64,000 nt of DNA from Ruminococcus flavefaciens (GCA_902762855.1 CACWPR010000001.1:7656-71655), one strand, 5' to 3'. Shown: positions 32,730 to 42,109, counted from the first letter of the stretch. Numbers and translations are program-made. Notes: generated by a model from the sequence alone, not told the origin.

Positions 32730-34691
32730 GTGAAAAGTATGTATAAAGCCGCTATAAAGTATCTGACAGCCCTTGCTCTGGCAGTAATGACAGCAGTGCC
32801 TGCACCGCTTGCTGCGAGTACTTCGGAAAGCCGGGAAGAGGTGTTCTTTGAGGACTTCACCGGGGACAGCCTCGACACGGACCGCTGGCTCATTGCTGAG
32901 AAAAACTGGGGCGGAACTGTTACAGTGGACGGTGTGACGGAGGACTACAACGGCGGAGTCATAGCAGAAAACGTGGCAGTCCGTGACGGAGTGCTGGTCC
33001 TGACCGGACTGGGCAATGATTATACCGGCGAGCTGCGTGGCATAAACCGTGACAAGAGCCGCCGTGACGACGGAAAACGTTGCGGAGGTGCCATAGCGAC
33101 AAGGGACTATTTCGGCTCAGGCAGCTATGAGATACGTGCAAGGATAGCCCCGGAGCTTGGCTGCTGTTCCGCAATGTGGACGTTTGAGTATGAGGAAAAA
33201 TATTCCGGTGACCAGCTAAGTATAGTCAATCACGAGATAGACATCGAATTTCCCGGACGAGATGAAAACGGCGATTTTTCCATGAGTCACGTGCTTTGCA
33301 CGACCTGGGTGACTGAGGAGGACTACGTGACGAAGTCCGTTGACTGCGGCCCTCAGGCAGACGGTGAGTTCCACACATATCGTTTTGACTGGCACACCGG
33401 CAGCGACAGTGAGGTACCGAGAGTGGAGTACTATTTTGACGGCAGGCTGACCTATACCTCCTATGACTATATACCCACGAATGAGAGCCGTTTCTGGCTT
33501 GGACTGTGGTTCCCTAAAAATTGGGCAGGAAGCCCGGATTTTGACCAGACTGATCTTGAAGTGGACTATGTCAGGATAACTCCTTTCCATGAGAGCGGCG
33601 ACACTCCCCAGCATGAGTCCTACCCTGACAGCGGCTGGAGTGAAAAGGCAGAGCTCCCGAAGGGGTGGCTGCTGTGGCATAGCTATGGCAGATACGCTGA
33701 CCTTGACAGCCAGCTTTATCTGAGGGCTCCTGACGGGACTGTCAGCAGGATAAGCGGGGATTTTGTCCATGCAATGAACGGCAGCTTTGGCAGTACTCCG
33801 GACCAGATAGCGTTCATGGCAATAGACCAGAAGGCTGATGAGTGGGACATTTACATCAGCAGCGGAGGAAGGATATACGACCTCACAGAAAACAGCGGCT
33901 TCCGCAATGAGGACCCCAAGTGGTCTCCCGACGGAAGCAGTATAGTTTTCAAACGTGGCCGCTGGGACAGTGCCCAGGACGGTTTTGCATATGACCTTGC
34001 TCTCATTGACGTAAAAACCAGGGAGGTAACGATGCTTACCGATGACTTCGCAGAGGAGGCGATGCCCTGTTTTTCTGATGACGGGAAGTACATATACTAT
34101 GCGAGGTACAGCGAAGGCATAGGCTCGATATACCGCCTTGAGCTCAGTACCGGAGAGACAGAGTCAGTTTACAGCGAGATGGGCGTCACAGCCTATTATC
34201 CTGTTGTAAGCGGAGATGAGCTTTACTTTACCAAGTGGTATTCCGCTGACAACCGATGTGACCAGTTAGTGCACCGGGACGGCGGTGAGATGAACTATTT
34301 GCCATTTGACTCCGCAGATTATGACTGTTCGGATGCCTGCCCGGTATCGGGAGATAAAATGATATTCAGCAGTACGATGAACGGCGGCTACGACCTGTAC
34401 TATTACGACGGCCGTAATGTGTCAGCTCTTGCTGAGCAGAATACGGACAAAAATGAGCTCGGTGCGGACTTTTACTCCTATGAAGAGTACATAGAAAATG
34501 GCGGTATAACAGGGGATGTGAATGCAGACGGGAAGTTCGATATAGCAGACCTTGTACTGTTTCAGAAATGGCTGCTTGCAGCTCCGGACACTGAGCTTGA
34601 TAACTGGAAAGCAGCCGACATTTTGAAGGACGACCGCCTTGACGGATTTGACCTGTGTCTGATGAGAAAAGAACTTGTATCCGGCTTTTAA
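32730..34691 (+). CDS. Secreted GH16 + TolB/PD40-like beta-propeller + dockerin
   Basis: EIDIE GH16 motif; PKWSPDG and PCFSDDGK propeller repeats; dockerin GDVNADG. Confidence 0.78.
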   Translation: MKSMYKAAIKYLTALALAVMTAVPAPLAASTSESREEVFFEDFTGDSLDTDRWLIAEKNWGGTVTVDGVTEDYNGGVIAENVAVRDGVLVLTGLGNDYTGELRGINRDKSRRDDGKRCGGAIATRDYFGSGSYEIRARIAPELGCCSAMWTFEYEEKYSGDQLSIVNHEIDIEFPGRDENGDFSMSHVLCTTWVTEEDYVTKSVDCGPQADGEFHTYRFDWHTGSDSEVPRVEYYFDGRLTYTSYDYIPTNESRFWLGLWFPKNWAGSPDFDQTDLEVDYVRITPFHESGDTPQHESYPDSGWSEKAELPKGWLLWHSYGRYADLDSQLYLRAPDGTVSRISGDFVHAMNGSFGSTPDQIAFMAIDQKADEWDIYISSGGRIYDLTENSGFRNEDPKWSPDGSSIVFKRGRWDSAQDGFAYDLALIDVKTREVTMLTDDFAEEAMPCFSDDGKYIYYARYSEGIGSIYRLELSTGETESVYSEMGVTAYYPVVSGDELYFTKWYSADNRCDQLVHRDGGEMNYLPFDSADYDCSDACPVSGDKMIFSSTMNGGYDLYYYDGRNVSALAEQNTDKNELGADFYSYEEYIENGGITGDVNADGKFDIADLVLFQKWLLAAPDTELDNWKAADILKDDRLDGFDLCLMRKELVSGF

Positions 34692-34709
34692 CAGAGTGGA
34701 GGTTTTGAA

Positions 34710-35174
34710 ATGACAGAGATGAAAGAACTAAATGCTGAAAAAATTGAAGAGGTCAAAAGACTTTTTGCGGGGGTGTTTTCTGCCGCTCCCTGGAATGACG
34801 ATTGGAGCGATGAGAAGCAGCTTCATGGTTATATCATTGACCTCATGGGAAATAGAAATTCCCTTTCGTTCGGACTGTATGAGAATGGGTGCCTTACCGG
34901 CATTGCAATAGGTTCTGAGAAACATTGGTGGGAAGGTACAGAGTATCATATAGATGAGCTTTGTATAAAGACAACTGAGCAGGGAAAAGGGCTTGGAAGA
35001 TTGTTCCTGGAAATGATAGAAAAAGAGATGCAGAGTAGGGGGATCGCCCGGATATTCCTGCAAACCGGACGCCACGCACCGGCATACAGGTTTTATCTCC
35101 GGAACGGTTTTGAAGAATTAGAGGACCATGCTTCTCTGGTCAAAAAATTGGAGAAAACCGCTTTGGAAAATTGA
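34710..35174 (+). CDS. GNAT family acetyltransferase
   Basis: EQGKGLG acetyl-CoA motif; FYLRNGF. Confidence 0.88.
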   Translation: MTEMKELNAEKIEEVKRLFAGVFSAAPWNDDWSDEKQLHGYIIDLMGNRNSLSFGLYENGCLTGIAIGSEKHWWEGTEYHIDELCIKTTEQGKGLGRLFLEMIEKEMQSRGIARIFLQTGRHAPAYRFYLRNGFEELEDHASLVKKLEKTALEN

Positions 35175-35300
35175 AAACAACGGCATTCAGTACTGTGTGG
35201 GTCAACAGCAGAGCTCCAGGCGATTTAGAATAGTCTGGATAGCGTACTGATGAGCAGTTAATGATAATAAAGTTAAAATAAAAAAATATATATTAAAGTG

Positions 35301-35329
35301 TTGACAACAGGCTTCAGCCGTGATATAAT
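35301..35329 (+). promoter_or_regulatory. Sigma-A promoter of tRNA-fMet
   Basis: TTGACA-17-TATAAT with extended -10 TG. Confidence 0.85.
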
Positions 35330-35353
35330 AATATAGTCATATGACAAAGATAT

Positions 35354-35430
<77 letters not shown>

Positions 35431-35637
35431 AATTGAAAAGTGCTATGCAATTGTTTTGGGAAATGGCAGTTTAGACCCGCAACTTAAGCAAAGCTTTTCA
35501 CACAGTATAACGAGAAAGCTGTTTAGTCCTATTCAGTTTTCAAGTTGCTTAGAGGTAAGGTTACGGTTTGTGAAAAGGATTGGTAACCTCACCTCTATTC
35601 GTGTTATATTTTTTCATATAACACATTTCACTTCCAT

Positions 35638-35666
35638 ATTATAACACAACTGTTTAAGATTGTCAA
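35638..35666 (-). promoter_or_regulatory. Leftward sigma-A promoter pointing toward the tRNA
   Basis: TTGACA-17-TATAAT on - strand; 24 bp identical to the TA promoter at 51266-51289. Confidence 0.65.
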
Positions 35667-35899
35667 TATTTTTCTAAGAGCATTCGGAAATTTTTTCGAG
35701 TGCTCTTATTTTTTTGCCTTTTTGTAATTTTTACCATACGGCAATATTTATTTTCTTCTCGGTTTGTTTAATATGCGGAAATTTATTTTTTTGTGATACT
35801 TTTTGCCTCTAATTTTGCCTAAATAAGATAGAGGGGCATAACTATGTCAGGATTTACAAGTCTCTTTCAGGAGTCGCAGCTACGCAGCTCTTATTCAAG

Positions 35900-36020
35900 G
35901 ATTTGCCTGAAAAGGCAAATCACTAAATAGCAAGCACTGCGTTTGGGTACCCATTTTTCAAAAATGAGTACCAAACACCTTTGCTTGTTGAGGGAAAAAT
36001 CCCCAAACCCCTTGAAGGAA
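35900..36020. other. Candidate oriT
   Basis: Inverted repeats GATTTGCCT-GAAA-AGGCAAATC (35900-35921) and an imperfect one at 35941-35976, directly upstream of mobC-relaxase; nic site not identified. Confidence 0.5.
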
Positions 36021-36077
36021 ATTCTGACGAATTTCAAAGCGGAATACTCCGCAAAAATAACGAAAGGAAAAACGAAA

Positions 36078-36422
36078 ATGATTGAAAATCGAAAGAGAAA
36101 TATTCAGGTAAAGTTCCGGGTTGATGAAAAAGAGTATGAGTGCATACTGAAAAAAGTTCAGCTATCCGGAAAAAGAAATATGGCGAGCTACTTACGCTAT
36201 ATGGCAATCACCGGAAGGATAATGAACATCGAGCTTGAAGATCTCAAAATCACATCAGCAAATGTCGGAAGAATAACTTCCAGTCTGAATCAGATCGCAA
36301 AGCGAATTAATGCAACAGGAAACATCTACGATGAGGATATAGCAGATATGAAGGATAAGGTTGATAAGGTATGGCAAGAACTGAAATCCATCCGATTAGC
36401 TCTACGCTCAATATCGCAATAG
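36078..36422 (+). CDS. mobC: Relaxosome accessory protein MobC
   Basis: KFRVDEKEY, SYLRYMA, SSLNQIAKRIN motifs; overlaps relaxase start; ATG 36078 after AAGGA. Confidence 0.88.
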   Translation: MIENRKRNIQVKFRVDEKEYECILKKVQLSGKRNMASYLRYMAITGRIMNIELEDLKITSANVGRITSSLNQIAKRINATGNIYDEDIADMKDKVDKVWQELKSIRLALRSISQ

Positions 36423-37708
36423 ATTATATAATTGATCCTGAGAAAACTGACGATCAGAGATTATGTTCCACTTATGAGTGTACACTGCAATGTGCAGCAA
36501 TGGACTTTGAAGATATTCGTTATCAAGGAACAGGTCGGACAACGGTGCTTGCACAGCATATGATCCAGTCGTTCAAACCCGGTGAAGTTACTCCGGAAGA
36601 AGCTCATAAAATTGGCAGAGAATTATGCGACAAATATCTTAAAGGACAGTATCAATATGTGATAGCAACTCACATTGATAAGGAGCATATACACAATCAT
36701 ATAATTTTCAATAACATTAATCTTGAAAACTTTAAATCGTTTGAGTATCTCGAAAATCGTGGAAAGGATTCTGCGGAACGTCTGCGGCAGATCAGCGATG
36801 AAATATGTGAAGAACACAACCTCAGTGTGATACAAAATCCAGAGCGAGGAACAAGTAAATCTTACTACGAATGGCAGCAAGATAAACTCGGAAACTCTTG
36901 GAAGTCTAAGCTGAGAAATGCAATTGATAAAGCTGTAAAAGGCTCTTCAAACTTTGAGGACTTCCTTACAAAAATGCAGGAGCAAGGATATGAGTACAAG
37001 CAAGGAAAATATCTCTCGTTCAGAGCTGTTGGTCAAGAAAGGTTTACTCGCTGCAAACGCAGTACACTTGGTTGGTACTATGAGCAGCCTCAGATTGAAA
37101 AGCGTATCGCACGATATAGTTCACTTGTAGGACAGAAGTCATATCGTACCAATATTATTGATACGAACTCTGAAAAGATCAAGGGTTCAAAAGGTTTGGA
37201 GCGTTGGGCAGCTATCAGGAATATGCAAGAGGTATCGAGAATGATAAATCTCCTGACAGAAAAAGGAGTATCCTCCCCTGATGAGATCGATGATAAGCTG
37301 ATGCAGCTCCACGAAGATAGGCTCAGACTTGCTGATAGATTGAATGATATTCAGGACAATATCAATAGCATATCAGGAGTGGTGAAACTGCTTGAAACTT
37401 ACAGGGAGTTAAAGCCTATGTATTCTGAATACAAAGAAGTAAGAGCTAAAGAAAAATTCCGAAAGGAACATAGTGCTGAGATAACTATATATGAAAGTGC
37501 AGTCCGGCAGCTCAAAGACTTGTTCCCGGATAATAAAATTCCACAGCTTGAAACAGAACGTAATAAGATGAAGTCGCTTATTTCGGAGAGAGATCAGCTT
37601 AACGAACGATATAAAGGATTGAAGTCAGAAATAGAGGAAATGGAAATTGCAAAGAAATCCATTGACGAATACCTTGACACTCAGGACCGGTCCGGACTTG
37701 ATTTATGA
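36371..37708 (+). CDS. Relaxase (MOBP-type relaxase/mobilisation nuclease)
   Basis: N-terminal IDYI, HMIQSFKPGEVTPEEAH, HUH motif HIDKEHIHNHIIFN. Confidence 0.93.
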   Translation: MARTEIHPISSTLNIAIDYIIDPEKTDDQRLCSTYECTLQCAAMDFEDIRYQGTGRTTVLAQHMIQSFKPGEVTPEEAHKIGRELCDKYLKGQYQYVIATHIDKEHIHNHIIFNNINLENFKSFEYLENRGKDSAERLRQISDEICEEHNLSVIQNPERGTSKSYYEWQQDKLGNSWKSKLRNAIDKAVKGSSNFEDFLTKMQEQGYEYKQGKYLSFRAVGQERFTRCKRSTLGWYYEQPQIEKRIARYSSLVGQKSYRTNIIDTNSEKIKGSKGLERWAAIRNMQEVSRMINLLTEKGVSSPDEIDDKLMQLHEDRLRLADRLNDIQDNINSISGVVKLLETYRELKPMYSEYKEVRAKEKFRKEHSAEITIYESAVRQLKDLFPDNKIPQLETERNKMKSLISERDQLNERYKGLKSEIEEMEIAKKSIDEYLDTQDRSGLDL

Positions 37709-37723
37709 TCGGAGGTTTATGTA

Positions 37724-38200
37724 ATGATATGGCTAAAATATGATCGTGATGATTTTGAATGGCTAAATGGCAAAGAACTTTCAGAAACGGACAGAGAATT
37801 TTATTCGAGGTCGCTGCATAATCAGTATAACCGACTGTGTTACTGGTTAGGTGCAATAATATCTCTTCCAATTATAATGCTGCTGATTAACGGGTTAGGT
37901 ATTTCATTCTTTGTGCTGATATTTGTTGGTATAGTATCTCTGATAGTGATGTGCTTGCAAAACAGAGCTTTGAAACAAAAGTATCGCATAAGAAAAGGTG
38001 AATTCATATGGAGAAACGGACGGGTTGATTTTGCAAGAAACGGCAATAAAAATCATAGTAAATATGTGATCGCTGACGGAGCTTATTGCCAGACCTTTGA
38101 ATCAATCAGCAAGTTTCATTCCAAAGATGAAATAATGATAATCAAGCTCGATAAATACGGAATAGCATTTGTAAAAAATAAGGTATCACCTGTTGAGTGA
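37724..38200 (+). CDS. Hypothetical two-TM membrane protein
   Basis: GGAGG RBS; two hydrophobic helices. Confidence 0.65.
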   Translation: MIWLKYDRDDFEWLNGKELSETDREFYSRSLHNQYNRLCYWLGAIISLPIIMLLINGLGISFFVLIFVGIVSLIVMCLQNRALKQKYRIRKGEFIWRNGRVDFARNGNKNHSKYVIADGAYCQTFESISKFHSKDEIMIIKLDKYGIAFVKNKVSPVE

Positions 38201-38214
38201 TACCCTGAGATTGA

Positions 38215-38472
38215 TTATTCCTTTTCTGAGCTTTCGGCAGCTGTTTCGGGATGCTCCATTTCGTATATCAGGTTGTAGACTGCCTCAGTAAATAATGCAT
38301 TAAGCGAAGTGTTATGTTCAGCAGCAAACTCCTGAAGCTTTGCTTTCTCTCCCTTCGGAACTCGCACCTTGATCTCGTCATAAGCCTTAGCATTATAACG
38401 CATAGTCGCTTCTTTCTGAGCTTGTGTGTACTTCCCTCTTATGTAACGAGGTTCTTTCTTTTCTTCTTCCAT
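38215..38472 (-). CDS. Ribbon-helix-helix (Arc/CopG-like) DNA-binding protein
   Basis: YDEIKVRVPKGEKAKLQEFAAEHNTSLNALFTEAV strand-helix-helix pattern. Confidence 0.7.
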   Translation of the reverse strand: MEEEKKEPRYIRGKYTQAQKEATMRYNAKAYDEIKVRVPKGEKAKLQEFAAEHNTSLNALFTEAVYNLIYEMEHPETAAESSEKE

Positions 38473-38508
38473 ATGATCCTCCTGTTTGGATAGCCAGTAA
38501 TAATATTA

Positions 38509-38625
38509 GTATAACACATATTGCATACTGTGTCCAGTATTCATATTGCACAAATTTTTAATGAAAAATTGTACTCGAATTTTTGAAAAAACCGTATTGA
38601 CATACTGTACACAGTATGATATAAT
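38509..38625. promoter_or_regulatory. Divergent promoter pair, each with an ATACTG-N4-CAGTAT operator
   Basis: + TTGACA-17-TATAAT (38597-38625); - TGGACA-17-TATACT; operators at 38525-38540 and 38602-38617. Confidence 0.75.
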
Positions 38626-38645
38626 GATTATGCAATAAAGAATAA

Positions 38646-38666
38646 AGTGTGTCACGGTGACACACT
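38646..38666. repeat. Palindrome copy 1 (centre G)
   Basis: 20 nt downstream of the -10 box, directly before RBS. Confidence 0.97.
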
Positions 38667-38682
38667 CAGGGAGGAAAAGATT

Positions 38683-38955
38683 ATGAACGCAGTACGCAGA
38701 AGAACAATAACCAAGCTCATCGGCAGACTGAACGGACTTCTTGGACAAATGGAAGATCTTCTCGGAGATATTGATATTGTCAGAGAGGAAGAAAACGAAG
38801 CACTCAATAATATGCCAGAGAGCTTAATGGAAACCGACAGATATGCTCAGATTGAGGCTGCTGCGGACAATCTTGAAGAAGCCTATGACACATTCAGCGA
38901 AATGAAAGACAGCCTTGAGGACGTTGTAAACAGCCTTGAAGCTGCACAGGAGTAA
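38683..38955 (+). CDS. Hypothetical acidic coiled-coil protein (90 aa)
   Basis: GGGAGG RBS, ATG 38683; lies between copies 1 and 2. Confidence 0.8.
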   Translation: MNAVRRRTITKLIGRLNGLLGQMEDLLGDIDIVREEENEALNNMPESLMETDRYAQIEAAADNLEEAYDTFSEMKDSLEDVVNSLEAAQE

Positions 38956-38956
38956 G

Positions 38957-38977
38957 AGTGTGTCACCGTGACACACT
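38957..38977. repeat. Palindrome copy 2 (centre C)
   Basis: 1 nt after TAA, before AGGAGG. Confidence 0.97.
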
Positions 38978-38993
38978 TTCAGGAGGTAAAGCA

Positions 38994-39254
38994 ATGGAAG
39001 GAAGATTTATTAAGCCTGTTATCGGAGAAATCTACGAGAATAACGGCGGTGGTACTTATAAGTGCATCGGCTATGAGCCTGATACCGGAGAGCCAATAAT
39101 GGAGAATATCAATACAAGTTGGACTCTTGTTGCACACGCTGTGAAGCAATATACGGACGGAAAGATCGACTGGGGACATTCAACCGGTGGTTATTTCAAG
39201 CAAGATCCGTATCAGAGAAAATATATAATCAGGAAAAAGAGTGTGTCACCGTGA
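38994..39254 (+). CDS. Hypothetical protein (86 aa) ending inside copy 3
   Basis: AGGAGG RBS; C-terminal SVSP* is encoded by the palindrome. Confidence 0.75.
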   Translation: MEGRFIKPVIGEIYENNGGGTYKCIGYEPDTGEPIMENINTSWTLVAHAVKQYTDGKIDWGHSTGGYFKQDPYQRKYIIRKKSVSP

Positions 39255-39260
39255 CACACT
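39240..39260. repeat. Palindrome copy 3 (centre C)
   Basis: Supplies TGA stop of the upstream gene; followed by GGGAGG. Confidence 0.97.
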
Positions 39261-39290
39261 CAGGGAGGAAAGAATAATGGAGGACGAATA

Positions 39291-39494
39291 ATGTCTGAGC
39301 TGAAAACAAAACTTAAGGAATACCGTGCAAAGCACGATATGAAGCAGAGCGAACTTGCAGAACGTGTCGGTGTCCACAGAGAAACTATAACCCGGCTTGA
39401 AAAAGGACAGTATGCCCCCTCGCTTAAACTTGCAATGGATATTGCCGGAGTTTTCGGGGTTGCTGTTGAAGAACTTTTCTCTTTTGAGGACTGA
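39291..39494 (+). CDS. Xre/Cro-family HTH protein (67 aa)
   Basis: [32 protein letters not shown]. Confidence 0.88.
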   Translation: MSELKTKLKEYRAKHDMKQSELAERVGVHRETITRLEKGQYAPSLKLAMDIAGVFGVAVEELFSFED

Positions 39495-39526
39495 TACAAG
39501 TAAAATGTACAAATATCAAGAAAAAG

Positions 39527-39547
39527 AGTGTGTCATCGTGACACACT
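39527..39547. repeat. Palindrome copy 4 (variant ...TCAT-C-GTGA...)
   Basis: One substitution; followed by AAAGGA RBS. Confidence 0.93.
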
Positions 39548-39565
39548 CGGAAAGGAAAAGAAGAA

Positions 39566-39901
39566 ATGAATTTACTCAAATGCCCGGAATGTGGCGGTGA
39601 GCTGATAGTGAATATGAGATTTACTACGCAGTTCGGTAAAAAGCTCATCCTTACTGATAAAGGTTGGGAGGAAGTTACCGGAAATGTTATGGATGAGCCT
39701 CCAACAGAGCCGGTACGCAGCCTCGGAGCTGTAACTTGCAGCAAATGCGGTCTTGAATGGCGTAGACCTCTATATGAGATAGGCACAGACAATGAAGGTA
39801 CTACGATGTTCATTCAGCTATCCCGTGATGAGGTTAAAATGAATGCTGCGGACAGAGTAAGATACTTTGCAGACAAAGGAATCAAGGTCATTTACAGATA
39901 A
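39566..39901 (+). CDS. Zinc-ribbon hypothetical protein
   Basis: CPECG...CSKCG. Confidence 0.7.
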   Translation: MNLLKCPECGGELIVNMRFTTQFGKKLILTDKGWEEVTGNVMDEPPTEPVRSLGAVTCSKCGLEWRRPLYEIGTDNEGTTMFIQLSRDEVKMNAADRVRYFADKGIKVIYR

Positions 39902-39963
39902 GGAAATCGAACGCAAGTTCATATAAAATCAATAGCAATAAAGTGCGAAAAGGAGTAGTTATT

Positions 39964-40398
39964 ATGTTGAATTCAGTTACAATTATGGGCAGACTTACAG
40001 CTGATCCGGTATTACAGCAGACCACAAACGGTGTTCCGTACTGCAAGTTCATTCTTGCAAACGAGAGCGAATACTATCAGGAGGGCAAAGAAAGACCGGT
40101 CAACTTCGTGATTATGAACGCTTGGAGAAGCACAGCAGAGTTTATCTGCCGTAACTTCGTAAAGGGCAAGCTGATGATCGTTGAAGGTTCGCTCAGAGTT
40201 GCATCATACGTTAAGAATGACGAGAGAAGATTTATATCCAATGTTGAGGTCGGCAGAGCTTACTTTGCCGGGGACAAAAAGGCAGCTGCTCCTGACAATT
40301 CTGCTATCGAGGAAGAGCAGACCTTGAACAAGGCTATCGAGGAATTCAGCCTTGAAGAATATGAGGAAATCCTCTCAGGCGAGGATCTTCCGTTCTGA
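39964..40398 (+). CDS. ssb: Single-stranded DNA-binding protein
   Basis: MLNSVTIMGRLTADP OB fold; acidic tail EDLPF; AAGGAG RBS. Confidence 0.93.
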   Translation: MLNSVTIMGRLTADPVLQQTTNGVPYCKFILANESEYYQEGKERPVNFVIMNAWRSTAEFICRNFVKGKLMIVEGSLRVASYVKNDERRFISNVEVGRAYFAGDKKAAAPDNSAIEEEQTLNKAIEEFSLEEYEEILSGEDLPF

Positions 40399-40418
40399 GT
40401 GTGTCACCGTGACACACT
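40398..40418. repeat. Palindrome copy 5 (centre C)
   Basis: First base overlaps the ssb TGA. Confidence 0.97.
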
Positions 40419-40440
40419 TGATACCGAAAGGAGAACTACT

Positions 40441-40608
40441 ATGAATATGTGGTTAGAAGGAAACAGACGCTACTGTGACCGTCAGACAGCAATTGAGCTT
40501 GGCGGTGAAGAATATCGTAATACAGAGATACACACTATACTCTATTTCGATGAATATATCACAATCGTTGATGAAGTGTGTCACGGTGACACACCTGAGA
40601 ATGAATAA
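40441..40608 (+). CDS. Small hypothetical protein (55 aa) reading through copy 6
   Basis: AAGGAG RBS, ATG 40441. Confidence 0.5.
   Translation: MNMWLEGNRRYCDRQTAIELGGEEYRNTEIHTILYFDEYITIVDEVCHGDTPENE
40575..40595. repeat. Palindrome copy 6 (centre G, last base C)
   Basis: One substitution; about 30 nt upstream of the parA start. Confidence 0.93.
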
Positions 40609-40624
40609 GGGAGGAACAATAAAA

Positions 40625-41416
40625 ATGGCAATTAAAACAAAAATCATCTCAATATGCTCTGAAAAGGGCGGTGTAGGCAAGACAACAACCACAATAAACC
40701 TTGCCGGAGGACTTGCAAAGAGAGGTAAGGAAGTGCTTATCCTCGACCTCGATCAGCAGCAGAACGCTTCACACGCTCTTGGATACGTCAAGGACGGACG
40801 TCCGACTACAGCGGAGCTGATCTATAACACAGTGGCAGGAATCCCGATAGACTATGCAGAGGCTATCAGGACTTGCGGAAATGGTGTTGACTACATTCCT
40901 TCATCGCCTATGCTTACAAACATAACCGGCACGATAGCAAACGACACAGAGAACGACAGTAATTTTGTTCTCAGGAGACTCCTTTTTAATGAAGTCTTTG
41001 CCGAATACGACTACATACTTCTTGACTGCCGGACGATACTCGACCTCCTGATAAGCAATGCCCTTAACGCAAGCGACTACGTTATCATCCCGGTTGACCT
41101 CGGTATATACGCATACAACGGACTTGATAAAATGCTTGATAAGGTTGCCTCGATAAACAATACAACAAACCGCAGCCTGAGAGTATTGGGAGTACTGCTT
41201 AACAAGTTGCAGCTTACCAATGTCAAGACATCTCTTGCAGAATCTATCCGCAGCGAGTATAGTGAGCTTACATTCAAGGCAAGTATTCCATACTGCCCGG
41301 CTCAGACAGAGCTTGCAGTTCTGAATCAGACAAGCTCCGTATTTGATGAACGCAGTTCCCTCGGTACTGCATTTATGAACCTGACAGATGAGGTCATAAG
41401 CATTGTGGAGGAATAA
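40625..41416 (+). CDS. parA: ParA/Soj family ATPase
   Basis: Deviant Walker A KGGVGKTTT, LDLDQQ, YDYILLDC; GGGAGG RBS before ATG 40625. Confidence 0.92.
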   Translation: MAIKTKIISICSEKGGVGKTTTTINLAGGLAKRGKEVLILDLDQQQNASHALGYVKDGRPTTAELIYNTVAGIPIDYAEAIRTCGNGVDYIPSSPMLTNITGTIANDTENDSNFVLRRLLFNEVFAEYDYILLDCRTILDLLISNALNASDYVIIPVDLGIYAYNGLDKMLDKVASINNTTNRSLRVLGVLLNKLQLTNVKTSLAESIRSEYSELTFKASIPYCPAQTELAVLNQTSSVFDERSSLGTAFMNLTDEVISIVEE

Positions 41417-41437
41417 AATGTGTCACCGTGACACACT
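41417..41437. repeat. Palindrome copy 7 (variant AATGTG..., centre C)
   Basis: Directly after the parA TAA. Confidence 0.93.
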
Positions 41438-41455
41438 TAGAAAGGAAATGATGTA

Positions 41456-42109
41456 ATGTACAAGTTAAGTGAACAGCCAGTATCCAGAATATTCGATGAA
41501 ATGGTAAATTTCAGTCCACTATATCATAGAGTAGCTGTTTGTAAGGTGAAAGAACCTTTTTCTATATACGATATTAACTATGAGGAAGGCGATCTGGTAG
41601 CTTTAACTGGTGATACGGAATCTAAAATTGAAATTGAGTACTACCAGAATTTGAAGAAAAGACATTCATATAATATTCATTATGGAGTATCCGGAGATAG
41701 ATTGAGCATAACTGTTGATGATTTCAAAAAACGCTTTGAGCTATGTGAGGAAGAAACTATTAAAGTCGAAAATGTAATTAAACAAGCAAAGGACATTGAT
41801 TACGAAAAGTATTGCGAGATAGAAAACAAACGTGCTGAACCTCTTGATGATTATGGCTTTGCAACAATAGCAGTGATAGCGATAATAGCAGGACCTTTGA
41901 CATTTTGGTGGTTGTTATTTAAACCCGGTACAAAAGAATTCATCTTAACACTACTAATATTTCTTGCTATAATCTCAGTTTTCTTCTTGTTTAATTTTAT
42001 AAAAGATATGAAGCAGCGAGTAATAGAAAGAAAATACCTTGATAAATACAATGAAATGGACAAGCAAAGAGAACAGAGTGGAATGTATATTCCTGAAAGT
42101 GAGGAATAA
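41456..42109 (+). CDS. Hypothetical two-TM protein
   Basis: 217-aa ORF between copies 7 and 8. Confidence 0.7.
   Translation: MYKLSEQPVSRIFDEMVNFSPLYHRVAVCKVKEPFSIYDINYEEGDLVALTGDTESKIEIEYYQNLKKRHSYNIHYGVSGDRLSITVDDFKKRFELCEEETIKVENVIKQAKDIDYEKYCEIENKRAEPLDDYGFATIAVIAIIAGPLTFWWLLFKPGTKEFILTLLIFLAIISVFFLFNFIKDMKQRVIERKYLDKYNEMDKQREQSGMYIPESEE

Noticed and set aside
158-35085. Many 60-240 aa antisense or alternative-frame ORFs over core genes (for example 1625-2278, 13911-14606, 26166-26882)
   Set aside because: Shadow ORFs from codon bias; no RBS, motif or family pattern, unlike the TnpV-like nested ORF
38182-38204. GGTATCAC-N7-GTGATACC as a 15th palindrome copy
   Set aside because: Arms differ and spacer is 7 nt; it lies between convergent genes and is more simply a terminator-like hairpin, though a degenerate relationship cannot be excluded
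39936-39946. CAATAAAGTG before ssb as a half-site
   Set aside because: Match ends after AGTG; too short to distinguish from chance in AT-rich DNA
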